Positions 54,672 to 64,000 of a DNA stretch of 64,000 nucleotides are shown in pieces. The notes under the pieces are model-generated. The model made no database searches. It had not been told where the DNA came from and worked only from the letters and a program-made list of their open reading frames with translations. The stretch comes from Octopus vulgaris. Its lineage: Eukaryota. The stretch spans positions 136,834,001-136,898,000 of the forward strand of contig OX597814.1 of the NCBI GenBank assembly GCA_951406725.2, given 5' to 3'. Every line of letters starts with the position of its first letter. Positions within the stretch are counted from its first letter, which is position 1. The position numbers and the translations under genes were made by a program.

Positions 54672-54874
54672 GTTTCAGCTCTTGAGCTGTGGCCATGCTG
54701 GGGCACCGCCATTGTGGTGAAAGAGTACAGCAGGGATCACCACCCCCTGCCGGAGCCCCGTAGAGCTTTTAGGTGTTTTCGCTCAATAAACACACACAAC
54801 GCCCGGTCTGAGAATCGAAACCGCGATCCTGCGACCGCGAGTCCGCTGCCCTAACCACTAGGCCATTGCACCTC
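54672..54874 (-). mobile_element. tRNA-derived SINE family C with a family-A-type tail
   Basis: Minus-strand head gaggtgcaatggcctagtggttagggc..ggtttcgattc; body shared with 62737-62902. Confidence 0.85.
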
Positions 54875-55058
54875 TAATTGAGTTATGACTCAATTATATT
54901 TTTTATTTTCTTTTGAATTCTGAGAAGGACATTTTCATACTAAAATATCAGATAATATGTTCTGAAATTTGTTAAAGCAATTATACAACTTGGCTTTCTT
55001 ATTTCATTTACACATACACACTCGAGCACAAACGCACAAAAACACAATAGATGTATAC

Positions 55059-55127
<69 letters not shown>

Positions 55128-55142
55128 TGTGTGTGTGTGAGT

Positions 55143-55224
<82 letters not shown>

Positions 55225-55539
55225 ATACCGTTGTAGACTGGTATCCCTTTATGTTATGTATCTTAGTGGTTTACTATATAGAAATCATTTTAAATACCAA
55301 ACAATATATATTGGCATCATTATGAGCAAATAAAACTCTTGGGGGCCAATGCCTCAGCGGGATCAAAGTCCAATAATAGAAACAAATAAATGAGCACAAG
55401 GATAACATGTATCGTTTGCTATTTTTTAATATGTACTATGCTTGTATTTATATCAATTATATCAATTATGATTAAAGTAGTTTGGCTTATGTTATGGATA
55501 TTGTAAATTTGTCTTTTAGTATTTCTATACACTCTACAG

Positions 55540-55771
55540 CAGGGCCGCACAAAAATAATAAATTTTTAAATTTTATTTCAATTTGATTGACTATCGCAGT
55601 CTACAGGGTATTTATATGTATTATATATGTAATATATATATGTATTATGTAATAATTAAATTATATATCATGCACTTTATCATGTTCTGTTATAACCGCG
55701 ATACGCCGGTTCGTGGAAAAGTTGTCATGCATGAAAGCTGTCTGTGGTACAAAAATGTTTGGAGACCGTTG
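55540..55771 (+). mobile_element. hAT (MER1-like) MITE fragment
   Basis: gggccgcac..ataaattttt and gtggaaaagttgt..atgaaa..gtctgtggtac..ggagaccgttg resemble 6056-6549. Confidence 0.65.
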
Positions 55772-55864
55772 ATCTGCAGTACCATGCTACAGTGCACACA
55801 TATCGAATCCTTACTATTTCATATCTAAAGATATGAGTCATTTCGTCAATTATTTGATGCAGAT

Positions 55865-56080
55865 TATTGGTTTCAAATATTAACACAAGGCCAGCAATTT
55901 CGGTGTGGTGAGTGTGTTGATTACATCGACATCAGTGCTGAATTGGTACTTATTTTATCAACCCTGAAAGGATTAAAGGCAAAGTTAACCTCGGCGAAAT
56001 TTGAAACCAGAACATAAAGACAGACTAAATGCTGTTAAGCATTTTGTCCAGAGTGTTAACAATTCTGCCAGCTCACCTCC
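55865..56080 (-). mobile_element. SINE family B
   Basis: Reverse core and head motifs. Confidence 0.85.
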
Positions 56081-56106
56081 CTATTTGATGTAAAATATTG
56101 AAGCCG

Positions 56107-56430
56107 GTACTTGTACTCGTGATGGCGTTCACCCAGGGCGGATTGAGCTGGCTTCTTCTCTGGTCCTAACTGCATCACGAACCCTGGCGGCCCACGCTCG
56201 ACGGTCCCGTGCGAGGTCACTAGAGATAGCGAGCCATTCGCGGTTCCATCTGCGCAGACCGACCAACTGCGGATCTGATAGTTCGGAGAGGTCCTCCTTT
56301 ATCGTCGTTGCCCAGGTCTTCAGCTGTCCACCTGTGTGTTTGCGCCAGCTGGGAAGTGGAAGTGGAAGGAGGACATCGCGAATCAGCTCACCCTCTGGAC
56401 GCCGGGCTGCGTGACCGAACCACCTTAAGC
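56107..56430 (-). pseudogene. RTE-clade LINE 3' fragment
   Basis: LRWFGHAARR...GGQLKTWATTIKEDL...ARDRRAW, stop codon, then a short gagtacaagta tail. Confidence 0.85.
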
Positions 56431-56904
56431 AACAATACAAAAAACAAAGACCAATATATATTTAGAAAAAAAGCTCTGACTTTCTGAATCTTGCCTAAAA
56501 CTAAAACTAAAAAATAGAAGAGTTGAATTATGCCCAAGGATGAGATATTAAGCATTTTCTTGGTTTTTACACCGATTTGTGAACTGCAGCAAGATGCATA
56601 TTAATCATATCCTCAGCCCTCCAACGACGATATATGTAAGTGTTTGATGAAGATCAGGGAATTAGGTTGATGAAACTGTGGTGTAGATAAAAAACAAACC
56701 TCATATATTGTGTTTCTGTTTACTTTACGTCTATATTTCATCGCTTGATGTTGATCTGAAGGGCATCTGGAAATGAGAGTGTGTTCTGGAAAATCGCAGC
56801 TCGTCAAAATATAACAGAAATTAAAAAAGAAAAAAACATGTTCCCGATAAATTCAAAAATAAAGTATAGAATAACTAATTCCAGTAAAGTATATAAGCAA
56901 GCAA

Positions 56905-57305
56905 GGATGTGTGGATAAGAAGTTCTTTTTGCAAACTCGTGGTTTGAGGTTCAGTCCCACTCTAGGGTTAGTGTATTCTACTATAACCCCCGGGCTGACC
57001 AAAGCCATGTGAGTGAATTTGCTATCCAGAAATTGTGTGGGAGCCGGCCGTGTGTGTGTGTATTTGTGTGTGTGGTGGGGGGGGGTGTACTCGAGTGTTT
57101 ATATTTTTGTCTCCATGCTACTTGACAACCAGCGTTGGTTTATTTACACTCCCCTAATTTAACGATTCAGCAATGAATTACCCATAAAATATTTACCAAA
57201 CTTTAAAAAGAAAATAAGAACTGAGGTCTGTTTTTTCGATTAAACCCTTAAAGTCGGTGTCCCTGCATGGCCGCTGTCCAATGACTGAAACAAGAAGAAT
57301 GAGTA
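56905..57305 (+). mobile_element. Old SINE family A copy
   Basis: ggttcagtcccact, gaccaaagcc..gtgagtg, cttgacaacc, gcatggcc..aatgactgaaacaag. Confidence 0.8.
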
Positions 57306-57567
57306 AAACAATAAATAGTCTTGCAAAATGGCGGTAAACCCAATGTTAGATGCAGTTGTGGTAAGAAGACAAGCCCCAAAACAACTTACCCCAGAAAGCT
57401 TATTAAAACGGGGTGTCATCATGCTAGTTAACTAACTGAACTCGCTCGTCCCTTTGATATAGATTCATACATACATATGTATGTATGTATGTATGTGTGT
57501 ATGTATGTATGTATGTATGTAGGTAGGTAGGTAGGTAGGTAGGTAGGTAGGTAGGTATGTAGGTAGG

Positions 57568-57621
<54 letters not shown>

Positions 57622-57812
57622 TAGGGAGAGTTTACGAAAAAAAAAACAAAAGACGAAGACAAGTGGTGTACAAAACAAACAGATGTATTAGTATAACGCT
57701 CAGGAATAGAAAAAGTCTTTTACGTTTCGAGCCTACGCTCTTCTACAGAAAGGGACACAGAAAAAACAAGGAGAGAAAAAAATGTGTGTAGTGGCTAACG
57801 ATCTATCATGGC
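57622..57812 (-). mobile_element. Short non-coding repeat carrying a hammerhead-like motif
   Basis: Same family as 30103-30275 and 62288-62470; abuts a microsatellite. Confidence 0.75.
57715..57756 (-). ncRNA. Minimal type I hammerhead-like motif with variant core CUGUAGA
   Basis: gtcccttt CTGTAGA a GAGC gtag GCTC GAAACGTA aaagac. Confidence 0.6.
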
Positions 57813-57861
57813 GATCTATATATCTATATATAGATATATATAGATATATGCAAATTCAGGA

Positions 57862-57988
57862 GTGGAGCGGGTAAAATGTAGGCTACATATGTTTCTTAGC
57901 TAGCTGATCCGCTGATGTAATAGTTATTCAACTATTAAAGGATCAGCTAGCTGAGAAACATATGTAGCCTGCATTTTACCTGTTCCAC
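57862..57988 (+). repeat. 49-bp inverted repeat (fold-back hairpin) with an inner 8-bp hairpin
   Basis: 57862-57910 pairs with 57940-57988; taatagtt/aactatta in the loop. Confidence 0.92.
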
Positions 57989-58247
57989 ACTCTCAATCTT
58001 GATTTTTATTCATATTTATAGCAACCCTAATTGCTAGCCGTGAGCTATAAAGAAACTATCAGCTTATCGATGCCAATAAATTGTTATTGTTCTTTCACGT
58101 ACGCTGTCCCCAGTTTTTGATCTCTATACCTACCACGGACTGCTTGAAGCTTACAAACTTCCTACGCTTAGATCCCTAGATCTTACCCTTGTATATTGCA
58201 ATAGATATTTGTGTGTGTGTATGTGTGATGTGTGTGTGCGTATGAGC

Positions 58248-58279
<32 letters not shown>

Positions 58280-58299
58280 GTGTGTGTGTATACATAAAC

Positions 58300-58343
<44 letters not shown>

Positions 58344-58507
58344 TTACACGTGTCTTTGAAAAGGTTAAGCGAAAGCACTCACATACTAGAAAAATCTTTC
58401 CAAAACTGTTAGTAACATCCTGATAAAAGATTTCAAAACGTTTTTATTTTTAAATCACCTTTACATTTGAAAAACTGTATTAAGTAATTCTCATATACTT
58501 TCAAATA

Positions 58508-58539
<32 letters not shown>

Positions 58540-58543
<4 letters not shown>

Positions 58544-58712
58544 CCTTCTACCTCACATCTGTCTACTAAATTCACATGCAAGGAATTGGTCTGTCCGGGA
58601 CTATAGAAGAAAGCACTTGCCAAAAGTACTACGCAATGGAACACTGAACCCGAAGCCACATGGTTGTGGTTGCAAACTGATCTTCTTAACCACACAGCCA
58701 AGCCTGCGCCTA
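58540..58712 (-). mobile_element. Old SINE family A head
   Basis: ctgaaccc..ccaca..cttcttaaccacacagccaagcctgcgcc. Confidence 0.7.
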
Positions 58713-59179
58713 TTATACTATTATGTCTCAAATGTGTAACGGTTCCACAGAGAATTTAGCCCTCAATGCTAGATGAAAGGTTTGTAACGTAGATATCATT
58801 TAAACTCTCACACAAATGCATATCAAGTAAATATACACTGCAATCTCATGTAAAAATTTTCCCTAAGGATTCTGAGTTTAGTAAAAGGAGCAAATTCTTT
58901 TGTTGTAATATCACTAACCTGCAGAGACATTCAATGAATCTACTCTGCTGTTAAAGTTTTCGTTACGTAATAACTTCAAACTCTACCTCTGCTTTTTCTT
59001 TTTCTTTTTATTTTCCTCTATTTCTTTCTTCCTCTCTCTTTTCTTCTCTTTCACACTTTCTTTCCTCTCTCTCTCTCTCTCATACACACACAATCTCTCT
59101 TCTCACACCTGCATATTAACTAAATTCATTTAAACACCTACATACGTGTCTATCAAGCCATATATATATATATATATGA

Positions 59180-59510
59180 GACCCCCTTCGGTCACGACAC
59201 AGACCATGGGATTGCACCTAGAAAGTTATCCTCCCAGGCACAATTCCGGGCAAGGTTGTTTGCGGAAGACTAGCAGTCGCCCATGCATACCGGCTCCCCT
59301 CTCCACGCTACCAGTGTTATCTAAGGGAAAGGCAAGGGCCGATACAGCTTGGCACCTGTGACGTCGCAACTCATTCCTACAGCTGAGTGAACTGGAGCAA
59401 TGAAGTGCCTTGCTCAAGAACACAACACACAGCCCGGTCCCGGATTCGAGCTCACAACCCCACGATCGTAAGCTCGACGCTCTAACCACTGAGCCATGCA
59501 CCTTTACTCC
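59180..59510 (-). mobile_element. tRNA-derived SINE family D (CORE-like central region)
   Basis: Minus strand: tggctcagtggttagagcg (A box), gagctcgaatcc (B box), ttgagcaaggcactt..ccagttcactcagctgt..aatgag. Confidence 0.8.
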
Positions 59511-59601
<91 letters not shown>

Positions 59602-60002
59602 TAGATACATGAATACACAGATACATACATCACAACACTACAGCATGTAACTTACGTTCAATGTGTTTTCTTGTATATCAGTCTGCCTAGCCTATCCGTA
59701 TATCTTTCTACCTAACCGTAAAGTTACTACACAGCTATTTGTAATAAAGAAATATCATGGTTAGACTAAAAGGATTTTCAGAAAATATATGGATTACATC
59801 AGAAAATATTGTAACAATATAGGCAATCAATTAATTTGCTTGGCGAAGTCTTCTTCAGCAGGAACACCATAAATTAAATATATATACATGAGGCAATCCA
59901 GTATATGCCCCGTACTTATACATTCTAATTTTTCAAATCTAATGGAAATTTCTAATATTTCTGATTACTGATTACCCTTTGATATTATTAATTATATATA
60001 TA

Positions 60003-61280
60003 TTTTTTTTACTGTTTATATGTTTGTACTGTCGTTACCGTCTTGCTTTTTTTACCATTTTTTACCCCTCTGCGAAAAGATCTCAGAATTTTAATTGATT
60101 TGCTTTTCGCAGGAAGGAAGTTTCTTCGAAGTATACGTCTCGCTTTTATCCTTAGAAACGTAGAGTAGATGAAACCTTAGCGACTGAAGAAGGGGATTTT
60201 TCGTTGTGCTTATTGTCCTGTATCTCTTTTTTTCTTTTTTGCTTGTCCTGTTCCTTGGTTTGTGTCTATGTTTTTCGTCTCTCTATGTGTTCGACGTCTT
60301 TTTGGTGTCCTGTACACATATATGCGTGTATATGTACATGTAGAGGTAGGTACGTACATATATGTTTATATATATGCATATGTTCTATTTTATTAACATA
60401 TTATACGACTAAACGCACGCACCCTATTAAGTAAGATTGTTCTGTTTATCAAGTTAGCCTTGATATTAACTCTCACGCGACTCTGCATCTTTCTTTCTTT
60501 CTCTCCCATTCCCTTTTTCGTCCTTTTTCCCTCACTTAACTTATCTCTTCCTCTCTCTCTCATTCTTCATTCTCTCTCTCCCCCTCACCATTCTTCATGG
60601 TCTCCTCGCACCATTCCCCTTCTTCTCTCTCTTCCTCTTGCTCCTCCTCCCCCATTCCCGTCGTCCATCTGCGACGATACTTCCGTCGTAACTGCTATCC
60701 TGTTTTTTCTCGCCCGCCTTCTAAGGCCACTGGTCGACATTCTTTCTCTCTCGTCGTCCACTATAATCCAGCGTTTGCATTACTTTTTTCGTCGGGCGTA
60801 AACAGCCCTTCTTATCTTGTTCTCCTTGTCCTGTCTCTCACTGTTATATATTATTTTTCAACTGTTTATATATAATTTTTTTTTTTTTTTTTTTTTACTG
60901 TTTATATGTTTGTACTGTCGTTACCGTCTTGCTTTTTTTACCATTTTTTACCCCTCTGCGAAAAGATCTCAGAATTTTAATTGATTTGCTTTTCGCAGGA
61001 AGGAAGTTTCTTCGAAGTATACGTCTCGCTTTTATCCTTCGAAACGTAGAGTAGATGAAACCTTAGCGACTGAAGAAGGGGATTTTTCGTTGTGCTTATT
61101 GTCCTGTATCTCTTTTTTTCTTTTTTGCATGTCCTGTTCCTTGGTTTGTGTCTATGTTTTTCGTCTCTCTATGTGTTCGACGTCTTTTTGGTGTCCTGTA
61201 CACATATATGCGTGTATATGTACATGTAGAGGTAGGTACGTACATATATGTTTATATATATGCATATGTTCTATTTTATT

Positions 61281-61287
<7 letters not shown>
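60003..61287 (+). mobile_element. Non-coding element: two near-identical ~395-bp direct repeats (60003-60401 and ~60889-61287) separated by a pyrimidine-rich spacer; hammerhead-like motif in each repeat
   Basis: Constant offset of 886; only two substitutions spotted; GAA-gtatac-GTC-tcgct...agcga-CTGAAGA in both. Confidence 0.8.
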
Positions 61288-61348
<61 letters not shown>

Positions 61349-62287
61349 TATATACACATACATAATTTAGTATTATCTGAGTACTAACCTCATAACGTAC
61401 TTTGCAAAGCTCCTGTGCCGTTATTGGCTACCACATACTACTCTACACCAGTATATTTTCCAAGGTTGGATAAACATATGAAACTTCGCTATTGTATGGG
61501 ATTAAGATAATAATAACATAACATGGAAATGAAAAATAGCACTTTTTAATAGCAAATCACGAGATTTATTTCTGCACCGAACATCAGTTCATGTTGCTGA
61601 GCTCATATTTATGTATCTTTATATAAAAGTATTCTTTAGAATTACTATCTATTTAAATATTTTTCAGCAACAGTTACCTGTAGGGATTTCCTCATATTAC
61701 AAAAGTAATATGATACAAATACAAAAGTAATGTGATATTACTTTTGTATTTTTTTTGTCACTACAATATGTATCGCCCGGAATATAATGAAATGATTGCT
61801 GGAGAGTAATAAACATAGTATATGAGGAAACTCAAAGAAATTCGAGAGAGCTTGGTCGCATTTCTTGTGAGAAAGCACATACAAACTGCTGTTGCTGAAA
61901 CATACTTAATTAGATAGTAATTTTAAAGAATATTCTTATATAATGATATATAAATGTAAACTCAGCAACTTAATAGCTGGTGTCCGGTGCAGAAACAAAT
62001 GTAGCGATTTCCTATCAAAGCCTGCTATTTTCCATTTTCGTGTTGTATTATTTTATGTATACATAGAATACACTCTCATATCCCCACATCACCCCACACC
62101 CCACACCCAACTCCTGACCCCCACACACCAAACTACACAACACCCTACACCACTACACCACATCACACCATCCCACACCACTCCGCACACATCAGCACTG
62201 GCCACTTCCTACCACCTACACCATCAATACTTTATTATCTACTTTATTATCATCCACTCCTGTCAAGCCTTTTCTTTCTAATTAGTT

Positions 62288-62470
62288 GCCATGCTTGGCC
62301 GCTAAATCCACAAGTTAAATTTTATTCTCTCTCTATTTTTTTGTTCCTTCTGTTGAAGGGCGTAGGCTCGAAACGTAAAAGACTTTTCCAATCTTCCGGA
62401 GCGTTAAACTAGTGAACCTGTTTGTTGTTCCTACACCTGTCCTCGTCTTCTGTTTTCTATGAATTTGAAC
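62288..62470 (+). mobile_element. Short non-coding repeat with a hammerhead-like motif at 62343-62383 (core CUGUUGA)
   Basis: gttcctt CTGTTGA a GGGC gtag GCTC GAAACGTA aaagac; homologous to 57622-57812. Confidence 0.7.
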
Positions 62471-62483
62471 TATATGTATATGT

Positions 62484-62598
<115 letters not shown>

Positions 62599-62619
62599 TA
62601 CATACATATTCTTTTCTTT

Positions 62620-62902
62620 TTTTCCGACCAGGCTACACATCGCTGGTCACAATGCACTTCGCATTGTTTTAGCCTTCAAATGACGCCACTCCGGTGGCTA
62701 AGCAAGCAGGCCAACAGAAGAAAGAGTGAGAGAAAGTTGCGGCGAAAGAGTACAGCAGGGATCGCCACCATCCCCTGCCGGAGCATCGTGGAGCTTTAGA
62801 TGTTTTCGCTCAATAAACACTCACAACGCCCGGCCTGGGAATCGAAACCGAGATCCTACGACAGCGAGTCCGCTGCCCTAACCACTGGGCCATTGCACCT
62901 CC
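62620..62902 (-). mobile_element. SINE family C with a long alternative tail
   Basis: Head and body match 54712-54874; the tail is unrelated. Confidence 0.85.
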
Positions 62903-62914
62903 ACACATACATGC

Positions 62915-62937
<23 letters not shown>

Positions 62938-62972
<35 letters not shown>

Positions 62973-62994
62973 AGAGACAGACAGACAGGCAGAC

Positions 62995-63068
<74 letters not shown>

Positions 63069-63240
63069 GTAGGTAGGTAGGTAGGTAGGTAGGTAGGTAG
63101 GTAGGTAGGTAGGTAGGTAGGTAGGTAGGTAGGTAGGTAGGTAGATATAAACTTGTGTGTTCAGTTATTTGTACAACTACTCTAGTCGTACATATACATA
63201 CATACATACATACATACATACATACATACATACATACATA
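62938..63240. repeat. Compound microsatellite (AG)n-(GACA)n-(GATA)n-(GGTA)n-(TACA)n, representative of dozens of such tracts in the window
   Basis: Direct reading. Confidence 0.97.
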
Positions 63241-64000
63241 CCTGCGTATATACAAACATCACAACGCTACACCACGTTGTTTGTTATGTTCAATGTGTCT
63301 TCCAGTGTATCATCATTTGTATGCCATGTACACGGAAAGCGCTACTGAGTAAACTCGAATTTCACTTCCTTTCAGCAGGACCCTGGCCTCCACGCCATCT
63401 GCAAAATTTCTCTCGTAATCAGACAGTAAAATCTTTGAAAATTTACATCCCATTCCCTCTTACTGTTCTTCATGCAAATGAGTTCAAACTTATGTTCCTT
63501 TTCGCTTTACTACTCTTTATACACAACGTTGACGTTTTCTTAGCTCTATCATTAAAACAGTTCTTGATCAAAGAGTAAATTACATTATATTTGCTTAATA
63601 TGTAGCAGACTACAATACTTTTACTTTGAAAGCATTTGAATATTTCTGCATTTCAATTTTATTGATGTTGATGCATCATCATGAATTGCAGGTAATACAT
63701 ATTTACAATGCTGTCTCAAGTTTCATTGCATTATCGTCCAGAGTTAGCATTTTGCCACGCTAGTCAATAACACCCACGTTTCTTCAGGCGTCCACACTTT
63801 ACAATATTAACGTTTCAAGAAGTAAAAAGCAATGGACAATAATCCAGAACGGTATTAAGTCATCATTAACGTCAACAGACAGCAGACATCTTAGTTAAAT
63901 AAATAGATAAATAAATGAATAAATAAACAACGTGGTTGTGTGATAAAACATTTGCGTCCTGGCCACATGGTTCAGGGTTCGTTCCCACAGCATGACTCCT

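Overview
AT-rich, microsatellite-dense eukaryotic DNA. Its tRNA-derived SINE families match those I recognise from octopod cephalopods (Octopus sp., inferred). I find no intact host gene, and most listed ORFs are microsatellite artefacts. The window is mostly mobile-element remnants: several SINE families, a decayed L1/Tx1-clade LINE (APE+RT), an ORF1-only Tx1-like element, two R4/Dong-like RLE LINE remnants, an RTE 3' end, a Penelope GIY-YIG fragment, hAT (Charlie/Buster-like), mariner DD34D and maT DD37D transposase relics, nested MITEs and two non-autonomous Helitrons. Four signals stand out. (1) Hammerhead-ribozyme-like motifs occur in non-coding repeats, including a retrozyme-like direct repeat-spacer-direct repeat unit of 886 nt and a family whose core is consistently CUGUNGA (A6 to U). 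(2) A Tx1-like LINE and a SINE share a 3' tail and repeatedly insert at GGTATTT, a site inside the SINE itself, while a second ORF1-only Tx1-like element targets the head of another SINE. (3) A 13-bp minisatellite block has an internal inversion and 16-bp flanking duplications. (4) A 49-bp hairpin has only G-U-compatible mismatches on one strand. All alignments were made by eye and boundaries are approximate.
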